The notes beneath the pieces are model-generated. The model searched no databases, had not been told where the DNA came from, and saw nothing but the letters and a program-made list of their open reading frames with translations. 54,283 nucleotides of DNA, taken from contig JBIJDH010000037.1 of assembly GCA_044344255.1 (NCBI GenBank), positions 1 through 54,283 of the forward strand. The letters run 5' to 3'. Shown piece after piece: positions 32,098 to 41,271 of the stretch (the stretch's first letter is position 1; each line of letters starts with the position of its first letter). A program made the translations under genes and the position numbers. This DNA is from Myxococcota bacterium (GTDB taxonomy: Bacteria; Myxococcota_A; UBA796; UBA2385).

Positions 32098-33068
32098 CCC
32101 ACCGCCGCTCCGCCCGCCCCGTGCTCCGCGCCCACGCGCTCCTCCGCGCCCTCCGGCCGGCCCTGGCCCTGCTCGTCGCGCTCGGCGCGCCGGGGGGCGC
32201 CTGGGCTCGCACGTCCGTGGTCGTCCTTCGAAGCGATGATCTCCCGGCCTACGACGCCCCGATCGACGCCTTCAGCCGCGAGCTCGGCCGCCCCGTTCAG
32301 GTCTACGACCTCAAGGGCGAGAAGAGCGTCGCTCAGCGGATCGTGAGCGGCCTCCGCGACGATCCCCCTCCCCTCGTGCTCGCCCTCGGCGCCAAGGCGG
32401 CCTACTCGGCCGTCCACGAGCTGCCCGGCGTGCCGCTGGTCTACGCGATGGTCTACGACCCGGCCCGCTACGGCATCGAGGGGGCCGGGGTCACCGGCGT
32501 GAGCATGCAGGTGCCCCCCGACATGGTGCTCTCCCAGCTCCAGGTCTTCGCCCCCAAGGTGCGGCGCATCGGCATCATCGTCTCCACGCTCAACACGGAC
32601 CCCGGCGTGGCGGCCTCGATCGAGGCCGCTCGGGCCGCCAACTACAAGGTGGTGGCCCGCAGGGTGGGCGACGCGGGCGATGTTCGGCACGCCTTCGGGG
32701 TGCTGCGCAAGCAGGTGGACGCCATCTGGCTCCTCCCCGACGCCCGCGTGGTCACGCCCTCCAATTTCCAGTTCATCCGCGCCGAGGCCGACCGAGCCCG
32801 CCTGCCCCTCCTGGCCTGGTCCGAGGGGCTTGTTCTGGCGGGCGCCCTGATGTGTGTCGCCCCCGACCAGGCCGAGGTGGGCGCCCAGGCCGCCGAGCTC
32901 GCCTTGCGCATCCTCGGCGGAGAGAACCCAGGGGCCATCGAGCCCGAGGCGCCGAACGCGACGCGAGTGGTGCTCAACCGCGACGTGCAGGAGTCGCTCG
33001 GCCTGCGGGTGGACCCTGCGCTCCTCGACTTCGTGGATCAGGTGGTCCACGCCCCCACGGAGCGCTGA
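32094..33068 (+). CDS. ABC-type substrate-binding protein (ABC_sub_bind-like), no permease nearby
   Basis: Signal peptide, LVLALGAKA, TGVSM, RRIGII, VDAIWLLPD, GAQAAELALRILGG. Confidence 0.85.
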   Translation: MTHRRSARPVLRAHALLRALRPALALLVALGAPGGAWARTSVVVLRSDDLPAYDAPIDAFSRELGRPVQVYDLKGEKSVAQRIVSGLRDDPPPLVLALGAKAAYSAVHELPGVPLVYAMVYDPARYGIEGAGVTGVSMQVPPDMVLSQLQVFAPKVRRIGIIVSTLNTDPGVAASIEAARAANYKVVARRVGDAGDVRHAFGVLRKQVDAIWLLPDARVVTPSNFQFIRAEADRARLPLLAWSEGLVLAGALMCVAPDQAEVGAQAAELALRILGGENPGAIEPEAPNATRVVLNRDVQESLGLRVDPALLDFVDQVVHAPTER

Positions 33069-33069
33069 C

Positions 33070-34029
33070 ATGGGCCGCCGCAGCGTCTCCATCGTCATGC
33101 CGACGATGAACCGTCGGGTGGAGGTGGGCTCCTTCCTCGACACGCTCCTCCGCCAGACCGTGCCCGCCGATGAGCTCGTCGTCGTCGACGCCGGCCAGGA
33201 CCGCGTGTTGGACCTCCTCGAGGCGCGGCTGCGGGGCACGGGGATCGTGCTCCGGTACGCCACCTCGCGGCCCGGCACCTCCGTCCAGCGCAACCTCGGC
33301 ATCGAGATGGCGACCCAGGACACCGTCTTCTTCCTCGACGACGATGTGCTGCTCGAGCCCGACTTCATTGAGCGGATGCTCGAGGCCTTCGACTTCCCTG
33401 CCCAGCCGCCGGTGGGCGCGGTGCTCGCCACCTTCTCGAACCCCAATTTCCGCAGCGGCCTCGGCATCCGCGTCGCCCGTGGCTTCGGGCTCACCAACCA
33501 CGACCGCGGCGACCGCTCGATCATCTACCCCTCGGGGGCGGTGCGCTGGCTGCAGGCGCCGAGCACCATCGTGCCGGTGCCGGCGGCGGCCACCGGGCGC
33601 TGCGCCTACCTTCGCGAAGCCCTGGCGGTCGAGCGTTTCGAGGAATTCCTCCCCGGCTACACCCTCGCCGAAGACCTCCACCTCTCCCGCCGCGTCGCCC
33701 GCGCATGGACCCTCGTCCAGACCCCCCACGCACGGGTCTTCCACAAGAAGTCGGCCGCCAACCGAGGTGGGATGGGCGACCGCGCCGCGCGTGTGGTCTT
33801 CAGCCACTACTACCTCTTCCGCACCCTTCAGCCGCGCAGCCCGAAGACGCTGGCGGCCTTCGCCTGGTCCAACGTCGGCCTCGTCGCCCTCCAGGTGGGC
33901 GGCGCCGTGGGGAAAGGGCAGCTCCTCCCGGTCCTCCGCGGTCTTGGCCGCGGCTTCAAGCTCTGCTGGCGAGACGCCCGGGCCCCGAAGGGCGCCGTGA
34001 CTCCCGGTGCTACTCCCGGTCGCGGATGA
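33070..34029 (+). CDS. Glycosyltransferase family 2
   Basis: VSIVMPTMNR, VVVD, QRNLG, FFLDDD, ED motif. Confidence 0.9.
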   Translation: MGRRSVSIVMPTMNRRVEVGSFLDTLLRQTVPADELVVVDAGQDRVLDLLEARLRGTGIVLRYATSRPGTSVQRNLGIEMATQDTVFFLDDDVLLEPDFIERMLEAFDFPAQPPVGAVLATFSNPNFRSGLGIRVARGFGLTNHDRGDRSIIYPSGAVRWLQAPSTIVPVPAAATGRCAYLREALAVERFEEFLPGYTLAEDLHLSRRVARAWTLVQTPHARVFHKKSAANRGGMGDRAARVVFSHYYLFRTLQPRSPKTLAAFAWSNVGLVALQVGGAVGKGQLLPVLRGLGRGFKLCWRDARAPKGAVTPGATPGRG

Positions 34030-35320
34030 TGCGGGCGTGGCGCTGCCAGGTCAGGTAGCTCCAGCTCCACTGTAGCCAGACCAGCACGCGGTTTCGGAAG
34101 CCGACCAGCGCCATGATGTGGATGAACAGCCAGAGGAGCCAGGCGAAGCGGCCGGAGAATTGCATCCCCGCCACCGAGGCGATGGCCTTGCTGCGCCCGA
34201 TGGTGGCCATGCTGCCGAGGTCTCGGTAGGCATAGGCCCCCCGCGGCGGGGCTGGCCGCCCCTTCGCGACCGCCGCCACCTCAGCGGAGATCAGCCGCCC
34301 GACATAATCCCCGCCCTGGATGGCGTTCTGCGCCACCCCGGGGAAGGGCTGGCCTTGCGGATCGGTGGCCCAGGCGAGGTCTCCGATCACGAAGGCCTCC
34401 GGATGGCCCGGGATGGACAGATCGGGGAGCACCTTCGGTCGGCCAGCGCGGTCCGACTCGACGCCGAGCGTGCCCGCCAGCGGCGCCCCCTTGAGCCCCG
34501 CCGCCCAGACCACGGTCCGCGTCTCGATGCGCTCTTCGGGGCCGTTCGGGAGGGCGAGGTTGACGCCCCCTTCGTCGATTCGGCTCACCCGATACCCGAG
34601 CCGCACCTCCACTCCGAGCGCGACGAGCTGCTCCATGGCGCTGAGCCGGAGCTCGCTCGGGTAGGGCGGCAGGATCCCGGTGTTGGCCTCGATGAGGACG
34701 ACGCGCGCGTCGGTGGGATCGATGCGGCGGAAGTCCGCGGCCAACGAGCGCCGCGCGATCTCCGAGAGCGCCCCCGCCATCTCCACGCCGGTCGGCCCAC
34801 CGCCCACCACCACGAAGGTGAGCAGACGCCGGCGCTCTTCCCGATCCTCTGTCCACTCCGCCCGCTCGAAGGCGCCCAGCACCCGACGGCGGATGTCGAG
34901 GGCGTCGTCGAGGTCCTTCATGCCGGGCGCATGAGGGGCCCACTCTGCGTCCCTGCCGAACCAGGAGTTGGTCATGCCAGCGGCGATGATCAGTCGATCG
35001 TAAGGGCTGTCTCGAAGCCCGCCGTCCGGCCCCCGCACCGTCACCCGCCGCTCGGCGAGCGACACCTCGGTCGCCTCTCCGAGCAGCACCATCAGGTTCT
35101 TCTGGCCGCTGAACATCGAGCGGAGGGGGCTCGCGATGTCGCTCGGGGAGAGCACCGCCCCGGCGACCTGGTACAGCAGCGGCTGAAAGAGGTGGTGGTT
35201 CCGCTTGTCGATGAGGGTGATGTCGACCGGCGCGCCGCGGAGCGCTCGAGCCGCCGCCACCCCACCGAAGCCACCGCCGAGGATGACGACCCGCTCGCGC
35301 GGCTTGGGCTGCGCGCTCAC
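34010..35320 (-). CDS. ndh: Type II NADH dehydrogenase
   Basis: GGGFGG, LFQPLLYQVA, GGGPTGVE, WAAG, IGD, GSMATIGR. Confidence 0.95.
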   Translation of the reverse strand: MSAQPKPRERVVILGGGFGGVAAARALRGAPVDITLIDKRNHHLFQPLLYQVAGAVLSPSDIASPLRSMFSGQKNLMVLLGEATEVSLAERRVTVRGPDGGLRDSPYDRLIIAAGMTNSWFGRDAEWAPHAPGMKDLDDALDIRRRVLGAFERAEWTEDREERRRLLTFVVVGGGPTGVEMAGALSEIARRSLAADFRRIDPTDARVVLIEANTGILPPYPSELRLSAMEQLVALGVEVRLGYRVSRIDEGGVNLALPNGPEERIETRTVVWAAGLKGAPLAGTLGVESDRAGRPKVLPDLSIPGHPEAFVIGDLAWATDPQGQPFPGVAQNAIQGGDYVGRLISAEVAAVAKGRPAPPRGAYAYRDLGSMATIGRSKAIASVAGMQFSGRFAWLLWLFIHIMALVGFRNRVLVWLQWSWSYLTWQRHARIIRDRE

Positions 35321-36624
35321 CGGCCCGCCCCGAGGATGAGCCGGGCGTGTTCGAGGTGCTCCTCTGCCACATAGAAGCGCGCGATCGAGCGCTGGTCCTG
35401 ATAGCGCCGGAAGATCTCGGTGGCGTCGTGGAGCGGCAGCGCCCGCACCGTGCCCCCCGCGGGGCGATCGACGACGTAGATCTTCGGCTTGTTTGCTTGC
35501 TCCGCCTTGAACACCGCCCCGGTCGCCGAGGCCGACAGGACGGGGATGCCCGCCGCCTCCACCCGCGCCCGCTCAGCCGAGAGGTCGACCTCGCCGGGGG
35601 AGCCGTGCACCTCGCGCACGAGGCGGAAGGGGCGCATCTCGACCACGCGCCGCGCCCAGTCGTTCTTGGAGGCGCGGAGCACCGCGAGCAGCTCGGCGTC
35701 GTCGGTGCCGAGGTAAGCGTCCATCTGCGCCGGGAGCCGATACTCACAGTCCTCCGACTGCATGTACCGCTTGAGCATCTCCTCGTAGGCGATCGACTTC
35801 TGGTGGAAGTAGACCATCACAAACATGTGGAAACGCGCGATCATGAAGTCATCGAAGGCATAGATGGCCCGGCCGTCCAGGGCGAGGCGAACGCCTCCCT
35901 CTTCATCAACGTGGCGGCCGAGGTTGCTGAGGAGCCAGTGGCTGTCGATCTGTCCGTAATGCGCGCCGCTGTAATAGGCGTCGCGCAGCAGGTAGTCCAT
36001 GCGGTCGACGTCGAGGTCGGAGCTCACGATCTGGCTCAGCAGGCCGCGGAGGTCGAGCCCCCCCTCGACAAAGAAGTCGTCGGTCACGGTGACGTCGGGG
36101 CTGACGAGCGCCGCGACGTGCTCGGGGCCGAAGGGAAAGTTTGCACGGATCGACGGCGTCAGCGCGCTCTGGCTGAGGATGCCGATGGTGTAGTCCTCAT
36201 GGTGCGCGCGGCCGTCGAGGCGGTGGGCCACCTTCGCGGGGTCGTAGGCGCGCAGCCCGAGATCCCGCAGCTTGGGCATCGCGAACTCGGCGGCGTGCGA
36301 GAACGGAGCGTGCCCGAGGTCGTGGGTGAGGCAGGCGAGGCGCAGGCAGTGCCGGAGGGCGGCCCGCCGCTCGACCGTAGGGAAGGGGTCGTCGCGAAAA
36401 CAGGCGTCAAACGCTCGTCCACCGAGGTGCATCGCGCCGAGGGAGTGGGCATAGCGGCTGTGTGTGGCCCCGGGGAAAGGCAGGTGCGAGAAGCCGAGCT
36501 GTCGGATACCGCGCAGCCGCTGCACAAAGGGGTGGTCGATCACCCTGAGCTCGAGCGCGTCCACGCCGATGGCCCCGTGGATCGGATCCCGAATCTCGAG
36601 GGGTGGAGGGAGCGGGAGATTCAT
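35317..36624 (-). CDS. HD-domain phosphohydrolase, SAMHD1/YwfO-like dNTPase family
   Basis: IRDPIHG, QRLRGIRQLG, HSRYAHSLG, HDLGHAPFSH, DVDRMDYLLRD, VYFH. Confidence 0.9.
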   Translation of the reverse strand: MNLPLPPPLEIRDPIHGAIGVDALELRVIDHPFVQRLRGIRQLGFSHLPFPGATHSRYAHSLGAMHLGGRAFDACFRDDPFPTVERRAALRHCLRLACLTHDLGHAPFSHAAEFAMPKLRDLGLRAYDPAKVAHRLDGRAHHEDYTIGILSQSALTPSIRANFPFGPEHVAALVSPDVTVTDDFFVEGGLDLRGLLSQIVSSDLDVDRMDYLLRDAYYSGAHYGQIDSHWLLSNLGRHVDEEGGVRLALDGRAIYAFDDFMIARFHMFVMVYFHQKSIAYEEMLKRYMQSEDCEYRLPAQMDAYLGTDDAELLAVLRASKNDWARRVVEMRPFRLVREVHGSPGEVDLSAERARVEAAGIPVLSASATGAVFKAEQANKPKIYVVDRPAGGTVRALPLHDATEIFRRYQDQRSIARFYVAEEHLEHARLILGAGR

Positions 36625-36788
36625 CCAAGGACTCCGTCAACGTGTACGGGCCGCCGAAATAGAGCCGGACCAACGCCCAGCGGGCGGCTCGCCGCATACT
36701 CGATGGTGACTCCCGCTCCGACGGATCGCGCGCGGGCTTCGTGGTATACCCTGGGCTGCCCTCCTCGCCGAATGGGTGTCGCCGCGCC

Positions 36789-39068
36789 ATGATCAGAGTC
36801 TCCGATATCCGTCAAGTTCGAGCCGGCGATGTCGTTCATTTACCATCTGCAGGCTTCGCGCTCGTGGACGAATCGGATGCCTCCGCGCTCCGCCTGGAGT
36901 GGGAGAAGGCCGGCGCTCAGCGGCCCATCCGGGTCACCGCCGAGCAGCTCTGCCGGGGGTATCGGCTCTGCATCCCAAGCGGCTTCTTCGCCCGATCGGT
37001 GGTGGGGCGCACGGCGCTGCGAGAGCTGGCCGCCGAGCAGTCCTTGCTCGTCACCCGTCTGCTGCTCGAAGAGCTCGGCGAGCCGGCCACCCGTGAAGAG
37101 CTACAGAGCTGGATCGTCGGCCGCGGCCTCGTGAGCGCCCAGCGCTTCCAGCAATGGTGGATCGACCTTGAGCCCTCCTTGCTGCGTGACAACACGGTGA
37201 TCGACCTCGGGGAACGTTTCGTCTACCGTGTCGACGAACGGCTGGCCCGAGTGCCTCGGATGACGATCGACGAGCTCCGTTCGCTCTTCCTGGGCCAGAC
37301 GCCGCGGGGGCGGTACACGATCCTCGCGTCCACAGGGGACGACGTCGCCGCGGCGCTGCTGGAGGCCGCGGTCCAAGTCGCCGACGCGGAGGCCATCTGC
37401 CTCCTCCTCCGTCAGCGACCGTCCATCCTCCCGAAGTACCTGCCTGCTCTCTTCGACCTCGCCGCCGCTGGAGAGGCCCGGCTCGGCGCCCTGCTCCTCG
37501 ATCGACGAGATCCCACCACCGACGCCTCCATCCTCCGCCTCGCGTCGATTCGCGAGAATCGATCGCTGATTCGGCGCTTCTTCGCCGCGCTCTCTCCGAC
37601 CTCCCGCTGGCGGTCCGCGCTCCGCCTGCTCGACCAGTCCATCTCCGGCGCCACGGAGCTGCCGATCTCGACCTTCCTGGCGGATCAGATCCCCGGCGGG
37701 CCGAGCGCGGCCCTCGCCAGCCTCGAAGAGTCCGACAGCCCGTCCACCGCTCGTCTGCGGGTCTGGCTGGCCGGTCGGCTGGCCGAGGCGACCATCGATC
37801 GGCCGGTGGCTCGCCCCGAGCCCCTCCTCACGCAGCTCCGCCCCCTCCCCGCCGCCCGGGCCTTCCCGCTCGCCGCCGCCCTCGCCAGGGAGCTCTCCCA
37901 CCGTCACGCCCGCGGGGAGGCCGGCGGCGTGACGGGGGCACGCCTGCAAGCCAACGGGCGGATCGAGCTCGGCCCGCTGGAAGACAGCAACCCCGAGGAC
38001 GATGTGTACCAGGCCGTCCGCGCCATCACCGAGCTCGCCATCGGCAACCTCCCCCGCTCCGAGAGCGTGCGCGGAGAGGACCTCATCGTGCACCTCGCCC
38101 AGCTGGTCGCCGACATGCCCCTGGAGTGGAGCGCCGTGGCGAGCCGCTCCCTCTGCGCCTCCCCGGCCCTCCGCCCCCGAAACGCCCTCGATCTCTGGGA
38201 GCAGCTCGAGCAAGCGAGCGCCGTGGCGCGGGTTCGAGACGAGGCGCCCCGCTGGCCCTCGCTCAACCTTGAGGTCGCGCACGACACCCACATCGGTCAC
38301 GTAAAGTCTCGCTTGTCCCAGGTCAATCAGGACGCTGTCTTCTGGCAGACCGACGGCCCGATGGCCATGCTCGTGGTCGCAGACGGCATCAGCGTCTCAA
38401 CGGCCGGCTCCGGTAACCTCGCCAGCGCCCTGTTCGTTCAGACCCTCGCCATGGAGTGGGAGAAGCACCAGGACGCGCTCCGGACTGGGGAGGAGGAGGA
38501 GATCCACCGCTTCCTCGACGAGGCCCTCCTCCTCGCGAATCAAGCCGTCTGTGAAGGTTCCCTCCGCGCCGCGGGCGGAGACCTCGGCCGCCACATCCCG
38601 ATGGGCACCACGGCTGTGGTGGTCGTCGTCCGCGGAGACCGTGCACACATCGCATCTCTCGGCGACTCCCGCGCATACCTCGTCGGCTCCCTCGGCGCCT
38701 GTCTGCTCACCGGCGACCAGAACCTCCGCGGCGAGTGGTTGCAGTCCTGGCAGGAGGACAACCCCACCGACATGTTGGGGGATGGCTACGCGCTGGTCGG
38801 CTACTGTGGTCACTTCAACGAAGAAGGATCACCAGAGCCCACGCCGGCCGCACACCGTACGGTGACGATCCTCCCCGGTGAGGTGCTCATCCTCTGTTCG
38901 GATGGGCTCACCGACTACGCCGCCGGCTCCCACGCCGAGCTCGGCGCCCTGCTCGAAGAGGCGGCGCGCATGAGCGAGCCCTCCCAGGCCGCCCGGTGGC
39001 TGACCGATCGGGCCAACGCTGGCGGCGGGGGCGACAACATCAGCGTGGTCGTGGCGCGACTGGCCTGA
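36789..39068 (+). CDS. PP2C-family Ser/Thr phosphatase with an extended-GreA-like N-terminus and a degenerate kinase lobe
   Basis: C-terminal NQD, VADG, MGTT, GDSRAY, LCSDGL, GGDNISVV motifs; see findings for the N-terminal modules. Confidence 0.85.
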   Translation: MIRVSDIRQVRAGDVVHLPSAGFALVDESDASALRLEWEKAGAQRPIRVTAEQLCRGYRLCIPSGFFARSVVGRTALRELAAEQSLLVTRLLLEELGEPATREELQSWIVGRGLVSAQRFQQWWIDLEPSLLRDNTVIDLGERFVYRVDERLARVPRMTIDELRSLFLGQTPRGRYTILASTGDDVAAALLEAAVQVADAEAICLLLRQRPSILPKYLPALFDLAAAGEARLGALLLDRRDPTTDASILRLASIRENRSLIRRFFAALSPTSRWRSALRLLDQSISGATELPISTFLADQIPGGPSAALASLEESDSPSTARLRVWLAGRLAEATIDRPVARPEPLLTQLRPLPAARAFPLAAALARELSHRHARGEAGGVTGARLQANGRIELGPLEDSNPEDDVYQAVRAITELAIGNLPRSESVRGEDLIVHLAQLVADMPLEWSAVASRSLCASPALRPRNALDLWEQLEQASAVARVRDEAPRWPSLNLEVAHDTHIGHVKSRLSQVNQDAVFWQTDGPMAMLVVADGISVSTAGSGNLASALFVQTLAMEWEKHQDALRTGEEEEIHRFLDEALLLANQAVCEGSLRAAGGDLGRHIPMGTTAVVVVVRGDRAHIASLGDSRAYLVGSLGACLLTGDQNLRGEWLQSWQEDNPTDMLGDGYALVGYCGHFNEEGSPEPTPAAHRTVTILPGEVLILCSDGLTDYAAGSHAELGALLEEAARMSEPSQAARWLTDRANAGGGGDNISVVVARLA

Positions 39069-39085
39069 CGACCCGGTTAGTCCAG

Positions 39086-39131
39086 CCGCTCACCCCCCCC
39101 ACCGCTCACCCCCCACCGCTCACCCCCCCCC
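39086..39131. repeat. Three tandem CCGCTCA + C-tract units (C8, C6, C9)
   Basis: Read directly; intergenic, ending 16 nt before the GTG at 39148. Confidence 0.9.
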
Positions 39132-39147
39132 TGCTTCGGGAGCTCCC

Positions 39148-41076
39148 GTGGTGCCCTTTCGGGAAGCCTTGGCTGAGCGCATCGTGCTGTTTGACGGCGC
39201 GATGGGCACTGAGATCTACAACCGCGGTGTGTTCATCAACCGCTGTTACGACGAGATGAGCGTCACGGCGCCGGACATCGTCCGGGAGATCCACGGCGCC
39301 TACCGTCGCGCGGGCGCCGAGGTGCTCACGACGAACACCTTCGGCGCCAACCGGATGCGCCTCGCCCCCTTTGGCCTCACAGACCGCACCGCCGCGATCA
39401 ACGCCGCGGCCGCCCGACTCGCGCGGGAGGTGGCGGGGGATCAGGCCTGGGTGGCCGGCTCAATCGGCCCCCTCGGGGTGCCGTTGTCACCGGTCGGCAA
39501 GCTCTCCCCCGGCGACGCCTTTACGGTCTTCAAAGAACAGGCCCAGATCCTGGCTGATAACGGGGTCGATCTCTTCGTCCTCGAGACCTTCGCCTCCCTG
39601 CCGGAGCTCTGGCAGGCCGTGCGGGCCGTGCGGGCCACCTGTGACCTCCCCATCGTCGCCTGCGTCACCTTTCCGGTGGGGGGCCTCGGCGCCTCGCGGA
39701 TGGAGGGCCCCTCTCCGGTCGAGGCAGCGCGGATGATGAACGCCTGGGCCATCGACGCCCTCGGCACCAACTGCTCCCAGGGGCCGAAGGGCATCCAGAC
39801 GGTGCTCGAGGAGATGCTCCCCGCCACCGACAAGCCCATCGTGGTGATGCCGAACGCCGGCCTCCCCCAGGTGGTCGAGGGCCGCACCATCTACCTCGCG
39901 GGCCCGGAGTACATGGCCGAGTACGCGCGCCGCCTCGCCCAGATCGGCGCCCGCGGAATCGGGGGCTGCTGCGGAACAACGCCGCGGATGATCCAGGAGA
40001 TGCGCGTCTTCTTGCGGTCGATCTCGCCGGTCCACCAGGCGCCTGTGCGGTCGGTGGTCACCGAGGGAGGCTTGACCCTGCCCAAGGGTGAGGCGCCGGT
40101 GCCGGTCGCCGAGCGCTCCGAGCTTGCGCGACGGGTCGCCTCAGGGAAGTTCTGCGTCTCGGTCGAGCTCGAGCCGCCTCGGGGGGTAGACCCCACGCGG
40201 GCCCTCGAGGGGGCGGCGATGCTCTACCGGGCCGGCGTGGACGTCGTGAACATCGCCGACGGCCCGCGGGCCGTCGCGCGCATGGGGCCCACCGCCTTGT
40301 CGCACCTCGTCCGAAAGCGCGTCCCCCCTATGGAGACCGTGGTCCACTACTGCTGTCGGGACCGCAACCTCCTCGGCATCCAGATGGACCTCCTCGGCGC
40401 CCACGCCGTCGGGCTGCGCAACATCCTCGCCGTCACCGGGGACCCCCCGAAGATGGGCACCTACCCCGACGCCACAGCCGTCTTCGACATCGACTCCATC
40501 GGGCTCATCAGCTTCATCCAGCTCTTGAACCGCGGCCTCGACTTCTCGGGCCAGCCCATCGGGGGCAAGACCGCGCTCTTCGTCGGCGCCGGCTGCAACC
40601 CCGGCCACATCGACATGGACCTCGAGGCGGATCGGTTCGGTCGCAAGGCTGAAGCGGGGGCTGAATTCTTCTTCAGCCAGCCGGTCTTTGACAGTGAGCT
40701 CCTCACCCGCTTCCTGGACAAGACGGCTCGTCACGCGAACGTCCCATTCTTCGTGGGCATCATGCCCCTGGTCTCGTTGAAGAACGCCGAATTCATGCAC
40801 AACGAAGTGCCGGGGATGCAGGTTCCGCCGGCTGTCTTGGCGGCGATGCGGGCGGCGCCCTCCAAAGAGGCGCAGCGAGAGGTGGGCGTACAGGTGGCCC
40901 GGGAGACCCTGCTCGAGGTCCGCCACCACCCCCGCGTAAGGGGCGTGTATGTCTACCCCCCCTTTGGCAGTTACCGGGCCGTCTTGAGGCTGCTGGACGG
41001 GATCCTGGTGCCCCCCGCCGACGCCGACTCCATCGCTCCCCCCTCCGCCGAGGTTCTGAAGGGCGGACATGGCTGA
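39148..41076 (+). CDS. yitJ: Bifunctional homocysteine S-methyltransferase / methylenetetrahydrofolate reductase (YitJ/SamT-like)
   Basis: DGAMGT, TNTFGAN, GTNC, PNAGLP, GGCCGTTP; MTHFR half VELEPP, NIADGP, CRDRN, TGDPP, SQPVF. Confidence 0.92.
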   Translation: MVPFREALAERIVLFDGAMGTEIYNRGVFINRCYDEMSVTAPDIVREIHGAYRRAGAEVLTTNTFGANRMRLAPFGLTDRTAAINAAAARLAREVAGDQAWVAGSIGPLGVPLSPVGKLSPGDAFTVFKEQAQILADNGVDLFVLETFASLPELWQAVRAVRATCDLPIVACVTFPVGGLGASRMEGPSPVEAARMMNAWAIDALGTNCSQGPKGIQTVLEEMLPATDKPIVVMPNAGLPQVVEGRTIYLAGPEYMAEYARRLAQIGARGIGGCCGTTPRMIQEMRVFLRSISPVHQAPVRSVVTEGGLTLPKGEAPVPVAERSELARRVASGKFCVSVELEPPRGVDPTRALEGAAMLYRAGVDVVNIADGPRAVARMGPTALSHLVRKRVPPMETVVHYCCRDRNLLGIQMDLLGAHAVGLRNILAVTGDPPKMGTYPDATAVFDIDSIGLISFIQLLNRGLDFSGQPIGGKTALFVGAGCNPGHIDMDLEADRFGRKAEAGAEFFFSQPVFDSELLTRFLDKTARHANVPFFVGIMPLVSLKNAEFMHNEVPGMQVPPAVLAAMRAAPSKEAQREVGVQVARETLLEVRHHPRVRGVYVYPPFGSYRAVLRLLDGILVPPADADSIAPPSAEVLKGGHG

Positions 41077-41271
41077 CGCGTAGAGCACAGCGGGATCGGC
41101 AGCGGGCCGCCGATCCCTGGGCGCATCGGCCACCCCCCCCGCACGCTGGCGGCGGGACGGTCTTGATCTTCCCACAATGGCGGATTAACCCGCGGGTCCC
41201 TTCAGACGGGGTCATCTTCGTCTGAGAGTTCAGGTCTCCCCCCTGCCGCACCAGCGGCGAAAGGATGTCTC

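Noticed and set aside
34010..34029. 20-bp convergent overlap of the GT2 and ndh 3' ends with a short ACTCCCGGT duplication
   Set aside because: Common in compact GC-rich genomes; no evidence of function.
39086..39131. Possible mini-CRISPR array
   Set aside because: Units are 14-17 bp with no unique spacers, and there are no cas genes.
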